Positions 1 to 6,520 of a DNA stretch of 30,812 bases are shown here, in pieces; position 1 is the stretch's first letter; the number at the start of each line of letters is the position of its first letter. Location: positions 1 to 30,812 of the IMG/VR virus record IMGVR_UViG_3300036796_000281; one strand, 5' to 3'. Position numbers and translations under genes: made by a program. The notes under the pieces are model-generated. The model worked only from the letters and a program-made list of their open reading frames with translations, made no database searches and was not told the DNA's origin. Origin of the DNA: a virus (taxonomy: Duplodnaviria > Caudoviricetes).

Positions 1-129
1 CTATGGCTTTGGTTTCTCGCCCTGCTGGGGTTTCCCTGAAACCCATTCACATAACATATTGAGCAGCATTAGCCGCACCTGAAACGGGGAATGTGTAAAC
101 ACGCTCATACACCTCTTAAATTCATTCAT
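1..129 (-). CDS. mntS: Host manganese-homeostasis small protein MntS (42 aa)
   Basis: MNEFKRCMSVFTHSPFQVRLMLLNMLCEWVSGKPQQGEKPKP closely resembles E. coli MntS as I recall it. ATG at 129 has an AGGAGG RBS; TAG stop at 1-3. The 66-aa track ORF is over-extended upstream. Confidence 0.9.
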   Translation of the reverse strand: MNEFKRCMSVFTHSPFQVRLMLLNMLCEWVSGKPQQGEKPKP

Positions 130-192
130 ATAACCCTCCTGTCTAATTCTGCGGCCCTTACTTCCGTTCAAGGCTGACTGCATTACATACAG

Positions 193-210
193 ATATAGCA
201 CAGGCTATAT
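193..210. promoter_or_regulatory. MntR operator
   Basis: Palindrome ATATAGC-ACAG-GCTATAT matches the MntR box form ATAGC-N4-GCTAT and lies directly upstream of mntS, a known MntR target. Confidence 0.8.
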
Positions 211-253
211 TGTAAAGCATTAACTATCTATGAAAAACAATGATTTATAATGT

Positions 254-266
254 TATCAATGAGTTA
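254..266 (+). promoter_or_regulatory. IHF site in the att arm
   Basis: TATCAA-TGAG-TTA is an exact match to the IHF consensus WATCAANNNNTTR, lying between the int stop and the host DNA. Confidence 0.65.
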
Positions 267-270
267 ATGA

Positions 271-329
271 AAGTAATATTCGTCAGTATTAGGCAGTGTT
301 TCTAAGCTGGCGCGACAATTTTGCGACAT
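271..329. repeat. att-arm repeats: candidate Apl/Cox sites (271-300) and integrase arm-type sites (312-329)
   Basis: 10-bp-phased repeats AAGTAATATT/CGTCAGTATT/AGGCAGTGTT, and a tandem GCGACAA/GCGACAT pair spaced 11 bp apart at the 3' end of int. Confidence 0.5.
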
Positions 330-1342
330 TTCAGGGGGTTGAGACGTGATGCTTCTTCCAGGTGGCTTGGGGCAAAATGCGCATAGCGCATAGTCATTGT
401 GATATCTGCATGCCCGAGGATTTTTTGAAGAACAAGAATGTTACCGCCATTCATCATAAAGTGGCTGGCAAAGGTGTGCCGTAATACGTGGGTTAACTGC
501 CCAGCAGGTAATTCAATGCCAGCTCGCTCCAGCGCTGAGCGGAAAGCGTTGTAACAGGAATTCGGGAATAACGCGCCGTTCTTATCTGGTATCTCTGCCA
601 GTAATTCGGCGTCCAGTGGGATTGTTCTGTTTCGCTTGCCTTTGGTTTTTATGAATGTGACTTTGCCGGCGGCGATCTGAGAACGCTTAAGAGATTCCGC
701 TTCATTCCATCGTGCGCCAGTAGCCAGACATAGTTTTACAACCAACTCAAGGTAATCGACTCTGCTACGACGGCACTCAAGCAATAGCTGATCTATTTCC
801 TCAAGGGTGAGAAAAGCCATCTCAGTTTCGTCTGTACGATATTGCCTGACGTTTTCCAATGGATTGGGTGCTGACCATTCACCTATACGCTTCAGCTCAT
901 TGAACATAGCTAGGAAGTAAGCATGTTCTAGGTTCATCGTTTTTGGGGAAACTTTTAACACACGTTTTGTTCTGGAAAATTGGCCATCTAATCTTTTAGC
1001 CCGGTATGCGGTGAAAAGCTGAGCATTAAATTCTGATGCCTGCGGAAAGCCCATACACTCCGCCGCCCAGCTCATTGCCTCTTTACGTTTTAAACCATTA
1101 CGCAATGCTACGCCGTGGCGCTCATGCCACATGTTTATCAGGTCGATTAGCTTGCGTTGATCTTTGCCTTCGCCCAGCCAGGGGGATTGCTCGATTTGTT
1201 GCAGTGTGTAGTTTTCGAAAGCAAGCGCTTCTCCTTTGGTGGAGAACTTCTTGCGGATACGCTTGCCCCGTTTTCCATTACTACGGTCTGTCGTGTAGAA
1301 ATCGGCAATCCACATGCCATCTGAAAGCTTTCTTACAGGCAT
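302..1342 (-). CDS. int: Tyrosine recombinase integrase (186/HP1 type)
   Basis: TGAR, K, HVLRHTFASH, LGH and catalytic Tyr (MTMRYAH) motifs. Confidence 0.97.
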   Translation of the reverse strand: MPVRKLSDGMWIADFYTTDRSNGKRGKRIRKKFSTKGEALAFENYTLQQIEQSPWLGEGKDQRKLIDLINMWHERHGVALRNGLKRKEAMSWAAECMGFPQASEFNAQLFTAYRAKRLDGQFSRTKRVLKVSPKTMNLEHAYFLAMFNELKRIGEWSAPNPLENVRQYRTDETEMAFLTLEEIDQLLLECRRSRVDYLELVVKLCLATGARWNEAESLKRSQIAAGKVTFIKTKGKRNRTIPLDAELLAEIPDKNGALFPNSCYNAFRSALERAGIELPAGQLTHVLRHTFASHFMMNGGNILVLQKILGHADITMTMRYAHFAPSHLEEASRLNPLKCRKIVAPA

Positions 1343-1350
1343 TTCAAAAC

Positions 1351-1932
1351 CTAATTTATTGTCAAAACCACACGGCCAATAACCGTGATGTCGTCAATAC
1401 CACAATCGAAAGCCATACCTACGCCGCTGACGCGAACTTTTTTAACAGGAATTCGGGTGAGCGTGCGGATGCTTGTTTTTCCTTCAACTTCTACAAGCCA
1501 TTCATCGTCATAGACTTCAGCAAAATGCTGATCAATTACGTATTGAGCATTTCCTTCAATCACGCAGATTGGGTTCTGAGGTAAAGGCTTGCCTGGCAAA
1601 AATGTCACCTTATCCAACATAAGCATGCCTGCATCATAGAGCTGGCCGTCAACTATTTTCCGACGCGGGATTTTGAGAATATCTAACTCCTCATCATCAA
1701 ACTTACGACCTTGGCCGGTTGCAAGCCATTCGAGATTTACACCAGTTTCAGCCATGCATTTGATCATGATGTCGGCAGGAAGCCCGCCACGTTTATAGCG
1801 TGAAGACAATGAACTTGCTGCAATGTCTAGCAGTTCAGCAAGTTGCATCTTTTGTGTGAAGCCATATGCCTCAATGACTCTATCCAGCACTGGCGCGCTG
1901 TCAGTATCAGGGTCAATTCGGAATCGTGCCAT
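1351..1932 (-). CDS. cI: 186-type CI immunity repressor
   Basis: 193 aa; N-terminal HTH (QKMQLAELLDIAASSLSSRYKR...VNLEWLATGQG); C-terminus ending IGRVVLT; lies directly upstream of int. Confidence 0.9.
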   Translation of the reverse strand: MARFRIDPDTDSAPVLDRVIEAYGFTQKMQLAELLDIAASSLSSRYKRGGLPADIMIKCMAETGVNLEWLATGQGRKFDDEELDILKIPRRKIVDGQLYDAGMLMLDKVTFLPGKPLPQNPICVIEGNAQYVIDQHFAEVYDDEWLVEVEGKTSIRTLTRIPVKKVRVSGVGMAFDCGIDDITVIGRVVLTIN

Positions 1933-1948
1933 TTTGTATTCAAGTAGC

Positions 1949-1991
1949 TTAGAAATTATCTAATTAACGTTGACACTTAGATATTATCTAA
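1949..1991. promoter_or_regulatory. Two CI operator candidates, TTAGA-N5-TCTAA (1949-1963, 1977-1991)
   Basis: TTAGAAATTATCTAA and TTAGATATTATCTAA are near-identical palindromes; the second fills the pR spacer. Confidence 0.65.
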
Positions 1992-1998
1992 CTAATCT
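1970..1998 (+). promoter_or_regulatory. Early lytic promoter pR
   Basis: TTGACA (1970-1975), 17-bp spacer, TAATCT (1993-1998), upstream of apl. Confidence 0.75.
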
Positions 1999-2069
1999 TG
2001 CTCCGTAGTTTGAATGTTGCCTTATAAAAACCTGTATTGCCGTACAGATTAACTAACGGAGTTTGCCTT

Positions 2070-2291
2070 ATGCGCCCCAACATTACAATCATCATACCTG
2101 AGCCTTACTTGCCCCTAGATGAGTACTGCCGTCGCACCGGTACCAACAAAGAAACCGCCAGAAACCTAATCGAGTATGGGAAATTACCCATTAAGCCAAA
2201 AGGTAAACAAAAGAAAGGCTTGGTTGAAGTCAACATGGCCGCACTTACCGTTATGGCTTTAAGTGAATGTGAAATTTCGCTTAACGCGTAA
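2070..2291 (+). CDS. apl: Apl/Cox excisionase-repressor
   Basis: MRPNITIIIPEPYLPLDEYCRRTG...GKLPI...VEVNMAALT winged-HTH pattern; divergent from cI; ATG 2070 follows GGAG. Confidence 0.85.
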   Translation: MRPNITIIIPEPYLPLDEYCRRTGTNKETARNLIEYGKLPIKPKGKQKKGLVEVNMAALTVMALSECEISLNA

Positions 2292-2294
2292 TTA

Positions 2295-2348
2295 ATCGTA
2301 TCAATTAGGGTGGTGCAAACAATGTTTGATTATCTGACCTCCAAACAT
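2295..2348 (-). promoter_or_regulatory. CII-activated establishment promoter pE with CII binding site
   Basis: ATGTTTG (2322-2328)-13 bp-CAAACAT (2342-2348) is the phage 186 CII-site arrangement. A minus-strand extended -10 (TGaTACGAT, hexamer 2295-2300) places the half-sites near -38 and -58. Confidence 0.7.
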
Positions 2349-2825
2349 TCCCATTTTGATGCAGCTTGCCGAGCATTTGCGCAAGCTAACAACCTGGAAG
2401 AAATTGCGCTGGCTTTGGCTATGCGCCCCCAGGTTCTGCGTAACAAGCTAAACCCAGACCAGCCGCATCGTATGACTGTGGACGAATTACTGGCCATCAC
2501 TGATTTTACTGAAGATGCCCGCTTGTTGGATGGTGTGTTGGCACAGATTAACTGTCTGCCTTCAGTACCAGTAAACAACGCCACAGAAAATAGCATGCAG
2601 GTATGTGCACTCACGGCCACCGCAAGTATGGGCGCGATTGCTGGGGAAGCTGTATCAGCGGAGAAAATGACCGCCTTGCGTAAAAACGCGATTCTTGATC
2701 GGGCAAACGACGCAATCAGAAATCTTTCGATGCTGGTTTATTCCGTTGAAGCCCGTTTTCAATCCGCACCCGTGCTGGCCGCTGCCGTCGATCTTGTGAC
2801 AAGCAACGCCGCTGGCCTGATGTGA
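2322..2825 (+). CDS. cII: CII transcriptional activator (CP76 family)
   Basis: MFDY..SKHSHFDAACRAFA...LRNKLNPDQPHRMT signature; follows apl. Confidence 0.9.
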   Translation: MFDYLTSKHSHFDAACRAFAQANNLEEIALALAMRPQVLRNKLNPDQPHRMTVDELLAITDFTEDARLLDGVLAQINCLPSVPVNNATENSMQVCALTATASMGAIAGEAVSAEKMTALRKNAILDRANDAIRNLSMLVYSVEARFQSAPVLAAAVDLVTSNAAGLM

Positions 2826-2834
2826 GGGGAAACC

Positions 2835-3032
2835 ATGCACAACAAACCTTTTGTTACCTACCTGAAAAACCAGTCACCAACACCGCAGCTAAATACTCAC
2901 GGTCATGGCTGGATTGAGTTGCCGAACGGCCAATTATGGAACCCGGCAACAAAATTCAAATTCAACGCCAGCAGGACGGCACAGCGATCATCGATATGGT
3001 GTATGGCCTGGTGGATTTGGGGGGGTAAGTGA
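2835..3032 (+). CDS. Fil-like (DUF2724) early protein
   Basis: QSP..HGHGWI...G..WNP motif, position after cII as in 186, GAGGG RBS. Confidence 0.65.
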   Translation: MHNKPFVTYLKNQSPTPQLNTHGHGWIELPNGQLWNPATKFKFNASRTAQRSSIWCMAWWIWGGK

Positions 3033-3229
3033 ATAAGTCGATTACTTACATATTTCAGCATAAAGGAGAGAAATTCGTTCTGGATGAAAGTGAAATTGCT
3101 TTTTGCTTTCCGTCTGTCATTGGCGATGGAAGTTATTTTTTTACGTTGAAAGACGGCCAGAGGTTCAGGGGTGAGCAAGTTAAAGAACTTACTCGCCCAG
3201 AACAATCACCTTTGGCTTTATGTAGTTAA
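3029..3229 (+). CDS. Hypothetical early protein (66 aa)
   Basis: GTG start overlapping the previous stop, preceded by a G-rich RBS-like stretch. Confidence 0.6.
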   Translation: MNKSITYIFQHKGEKFVLDESEIAFCFPSVIGDGSYFFTLKDGQRFRGEQVKELTRPEQSPLALCS

Positions 3230-3236
3230 CAAGTTC

Positions 3237-3488
3237 TTACGCTTGGGAAGCATCAATCAATTTCTGAATTTTATGGAAGTAATCTTGCTGCTTAGTTGTG
3301 CTGTAACATTTTTTAGTTACTGCATTTCGCAGCGCGACAGTGAATTTCTCTATTTGGTCTCCCTCGGGTGTGTAGAGGCGAGCAATCAGGCCAGTAATGA
3401 CAATTCGCTGAATATTCAGTTCTTCATGAAGTTGATGAATGGTGTTTTCAAGATCTTTAATTCGTTCTCTTTCTACATCGTTGAGCAT
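3237..3488 (-). CDS. Hypothetical 83-aa protein antisense to the early operon
   Basis: MLNDVERERIKDLENTIHQLHEELNIQRIVITGLIARL has a coiled-coil pattern and fills the 3230-3600 gap. An alternative TTG start is at 3536. Confidence 0.6.
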   Translation of the reverse strand: MLNDVERERIKDLENTIHQLHEELNIQRIVITGLIARLYTPEGDQIEKFTVALRNAVTKKCYSTTKQQDYFHKIQKLIDASQA

Positions 3489-3601
3489 TTTATTTTCCGG
3501 TGTGTAGTGGTGAATCTGAGATAGCCAATTATGCAATTTTTAGTGGGCAAGACAAATGGCAACTGTTGCAGGAACAACAACCTAGTGTGGAGGTATGCAC
3601 T

Positions 3602-3982
3602 ATGAAAGATCATAACCACTGGCTTGCCGTGTGCCGCCAGTTAATTACCGAACATCATAGCAAAGCGCGTAAAGCGTGGGAGGGTATGAACCAACGCCAG
3701 CGCGGTGTAATTCTTCATTCTGCCGGGTTGAGTGCGCGTTTCTGCCCATACGACTGGAAAGATTTTAATAACCGCGAGCTAAGGCAGCTAAAGCGAGGAA
3801 TACAGCGTTTACGAGCGCTTGCCAATGCTTTTGGAGCGATAACTGATCTGGATTTTGTCCAACCAGTTTTGCCGGTGGTTGTAGCTGAAACAAGTAAGCC
3901 AGAGTATGCCTCTGTAGTTATTCAGGCTGTATTGGAAGCCCGCAATAAACTTAAAACCGACGCTATTACGCGTAATCACTGA
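3602..3982 (+). CDS. Dhr/gpB-like (DUF5347-like) early protein
   Basis: GGAGGT RBS before ATG 3602; MNQRQRGVILHSAGL...DFNNRELRQL resembles P2 B/186 Dhr-type helices. Confidence 0.55.
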   Translation: MKDHNHWLAVCRQLITEHHSKARKAWEGMNQRQRGVILHSAGLSARFCPYDWKDFNNRELRQLKRGIQRLRALANAFGAITDLDFVQPVLPVVVAETSKPEYASVVIQAVLEARNKLKTDAITRNH

Positions 3983-3992
3983 GGGACTAAAC

Positions 3993-4400
3993 ATGAAAGC
4001 GATAGCTGTAGAAAGGGAAGGATTATTGGCAGATATGCGCGATTGGGGCGTTGCAACGAATTACGTGCATAAATTTTTGGCCAAAAACAATGACAATGGC
4101 CGCATTGTTGAACTTACAGCATTCCAGTTTAATGATACGCAACATCTAAATAATCCGCATCAATGGTTGGCTGCTTATGCTGCTTTCTGGAGTCGTGTTT
4201 ATCGTGAGTCTGAAATGTCCGCAGACCAGGCGCAAGCGCTGGGCGCAATTCAGTCATTGAATGTCGTGGCTGGCATGTTAGGGCAAAGCCAGTTCGTACT
4301 GATGTTACATCGTTGGTGGGACATGAGTTTTCCTGTCCATCAACTGCCAGCGCTTAATGTCCGATTTACACCAGAACCGGCACCCGCCGCGATCCACTAA
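3993..4400 (+). CDS. Hypothetical early protein (135 aa)
   Basis: GAGGG RBS, operon position, no recognised motif. Confidence 0.7.
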   Translation: MKAIAVEREGLLADMRDWGVATNYVHKFLAKNNDNGRIVELTAFQFNDTQHLNNPHQWLAAYAAFWSRVYRESEMSADQAQALGAIQSLNVVAGMLGQSQFVLMLHRWWDMSFPVHQLPALNVRFTPEPAPAAIH

Positions 4401-4417
4401 CCACTAATAACATCCCA

Positions 4418-4452
4418 AAACCCTACGGCCTCAATTCGGTGGTCGGGGTTTC
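4418..4452 (+). terminator. Possible early-operon terminator or hairpin
   Basis: AAACCC...CGGCC and GGTCG-GGGTTT form an imperfect intergenic stem with a weak U tail. Confidence 0.35.
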
Positions 4453-4479
4453 GTCTTGCCTAAATTTGGAGATTTACGC

Positions 4480-4710
4480 ATGAAAATGATTCGCCAGGAC
4501 ATACCTACAGCTCAAGGAGCTGGTTTGCCTCAGTTGCTGAAGCAAGCTACCAACGACGGCAAAAAAGCCGCTGCTGATCTTTGTTCAACTCGCCTAGATA
4601 AGTTGGCGACCCATGCAGCTAATTACGGCCTGAGTGCTCATGAAATCATTGAGCTAATCCGCCAGGAGTCTGAAAACCTGAGCAGTAAAGGTGGTGCATC
4701 ATGGCAGTGA
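4480..4710 (+). CDS. DUF2732 family protein (P2-like early gene)
   Basis: RLDKLATHAA..GLSAHEIIELIRQESE motif; GGAG RBS. Confidence 0.75.
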   Translation: MKMIRQDIPTAQGAGLPQLLKQATNDGKKAAADLCSTRLDKLATHAANYGLSAHEIIELIRQESENLSSKGGASWQ

Positions 4711-5510
4711 AAACCCCATTGAAATGGGTAGGTAGCAAAGCCCGTCTTATGCCGCAGCTGCTTCCCCATTTACCGAATGGTAACCGCCTGGTTGAGCCGT
4801 TCGCTGGTTCCTGTGCCGTTATGATGAATACGGATTATGACGAGTATCTGATTGCCGACGTTAACCCAGATTTGATTCATCTGTATCAGTGTATTCAACT
4901 GGATGAAGAGCAGTTTATTCAGGACGCCAAACCCTTCTTTGAATCTTCAAACGAGGAGTGTCTTTACTACCACCTCCGTTCAAGTTTCAACATAGAACCG
5001 GAGTGGCAGTGGCGCGCAGCGATGTTCCTCTACCTTAATCGTCACTGTTATGGTGGTATTTGCCGCTACAACCAGCGCGGGCATTTCAACGTGCCTTATG
5101 GCCGTTATAAAAAGCCATATTTCCCTGAAGCGGAGATCCGTGCTTTTGCAGAGAAGGCAAAGCGGGCTACGTTCATCTGCGCCAGCTTTGAAGAAACCCT
5201 GCAAATGGTACGTACCGGTGATGTTGTATATTGCGACCCTCCGTACATCCCGGTAAACCCAACAGCGAACTTTACCCAATACCACACTGACGGTTTCACG
5301 CAGGATGATCAGTTTCGTCTGGCAAGTTTGCTACAGCAGCTACCTACGGGCGCTTCTGTTATTGCTTCAAACAGTGATACCCACGAAGCGCACAACCTTT
5401 ATTCCCGTTTCACGCGGCACACACTAAAAGCCCCACGCAGTATTGGCGCAGCTAAGGGCGGGGAATCTTCCGTTGGTGAATTGCTTGCCGTGTCTGGTGG
5501 TGCAGCATGA
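4701..5510 (+). CDS. dam: DNA adenine methyltransferase (Dam family)
   Basis: PLKWVGSK, EPFAGS (motif I), DPPY (motif IV) and the RYNQRGHFNVPYG recognition loop typical of GATC Dam enzymes. Confidence 0.93.
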   Translation: MAVKTPLKWVGSKARLMPQLLPHLPNGNRLVEPFAGSCAVMMNTDYDEYLIADVNPDLIHLYQCIQLDEEQFIQDAKPFFESSNEECLYYHLRSSFNIEPEWQWRAAMFLYLNRHCYGGICRYNQRGHFNVPYGRYKKPYFPEAEIRAFAEKAKRATFICASFEETLQMVRTGDVVYCDPPYIPVNPTANFTQYHTDGFTQDDQFRLASLLQQLPTGASVIASNSDTHEAHNLYSRFTRHTLKAPRSIGAAKGGESSVGELLAVSGGAA

Positions 5511-6520
5511 TGATTCTTGTGGATGAGCGTTGCTTCGCTGACAGCACGATAAATATCGTTTCTGTTTCTGGTGGAAAAGACAGCCTTGCTGATTGGTTGT
5601 TAGCAATCGAATACGATGTTGTACCCATGCCTGTGCTTGCTGATACTGGGCATGAGCATCCCCAGACGATGGAGTATCTGGATTACCTGGAATCTAAGCT
5701 TGGAAAAATAACCCGAGTCAAAGCGGATTTTTCTCGTCGAATTGAGGGTAAGCGCAGGTTTATCGCTGAGAAATGGCCAGTGTCATTGGTCGAAGAATGC
5801 GGGATGTCTCCCAACGAGGCGGCAGAACGTGTAGCCAGGGCGCTGGAAATTCTGCATCCGACAGGAAATCCATTTCTCGACCTATGTATGTGGAAAGGCC
5901 GATTCCCAAGTACAAAAGCTCGATTCTGTACTTTCGACCTCAAGCATGAGCCTATTCGCACGCAGGTTGTGATTCCTGCGCTGGAGGAATATGACGAGGT
6001 AATCAGCTGGCAGGGCGTTCGCGCTCAGGAGTCCCCCGCCAGAGCTGCTTTGCCTATGTGGGAAGAAGATGCGGACAATACCCCTGGGCTGCATGTCTAC
6101 CGCCCAATCCTCCACTGGACGCATGAAGATGTTTTTGCCATGGCTAAGCGTCATGGAATTAAACCTAACCCGCTATATCAGCAAGGATGTAGCCGTGTTG
6201 GATGTATGCCGTGCATTCACGCCCGGAAGTCCGAACTGGCGGAAATATTTCAGCGCTGGCCAGAAGAGATTCAACGTGTTGCTGAATGGGAAAGGATGGT
6301 CGCGGAATGTTCACGGCGTGGCAACTCTACTTTCTTTCCGTCTACACACGATCCGCGCAGAGCTGAAAAGCGTATTGAATTCATTACGGTGGAAAGTTAC
6401 GGGATTGAAACTTATCGGGACTGGGCATTAACCACGCGCGGTGGTGCTCAGTTTGATTTGCTTGCTGGCGTTAACGACCGGGCTGTGTGCAGTAGCGTTT
6501 ATGCAGGTGTGTGTGAATGA
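5507..6520 (+). CDS. PAPS-reductase-family / DndC-SspD-like PP-loop protein
   Basis: SGGKDS PP-loop, DTGHE, RFCTFDLK, GVRAQES..R, RPILHW, RVGCMPC, and a C-terminal CSSVYAGVCE. Confidence 0.85.
   Translation: MMILVDERCFADSTINIVSVSGGKDSLADWLLAIEYDVVPMPVLADTGHEHPQTMEYLDYLESKLGKITRVKADFSRRIEGKRRFIAEKWPVSLVEECGMSPNEAAERVARALEILHPTGNPFLDLCMWKGRFPSTKARFCTFDLKHEPIRTQVVIPALEEYDEVISWQGVRAQESPARAALPMWEEDADNTPGLHVYRPILHWTHEDVFAMAKRHGIKPNPLYQQGCSRVGCMPCIHARKSELAEIFQRWPEEIQRVAEWERMVAECSRRGNSTFFPSTHDPRRAEKRIEFITVESYGIETYRDWALTTRGGAQFDLLAGVNDRAVCSSVYAGVCE

Noticed and set aside
130-201. N-terminal extension of the 66-aa track ORF
   Set aside because: The true MntS start is ATG 129 with a strong RBS; the extension runs through the leader and MntR box.
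1036-1584. 182-aa plus-strand ORF
   Set aside because: Antisense shadow across int and cI with no motif.
3171-3524. 117-aa hydrophobic plus-strand ORF
   Set aside because: It overlaps the upstream gene and mirrors the more protein-like minus-strand ORF; not fully excluded.
5507-6520. Complete Dnd/Ssp phosphorothioation system or sulfate-assimilation CysH
   Set aside because: No dndA/B/D/E, ssp or cys genes are present, and the CysH C-terminal ECGLH motif is absent.
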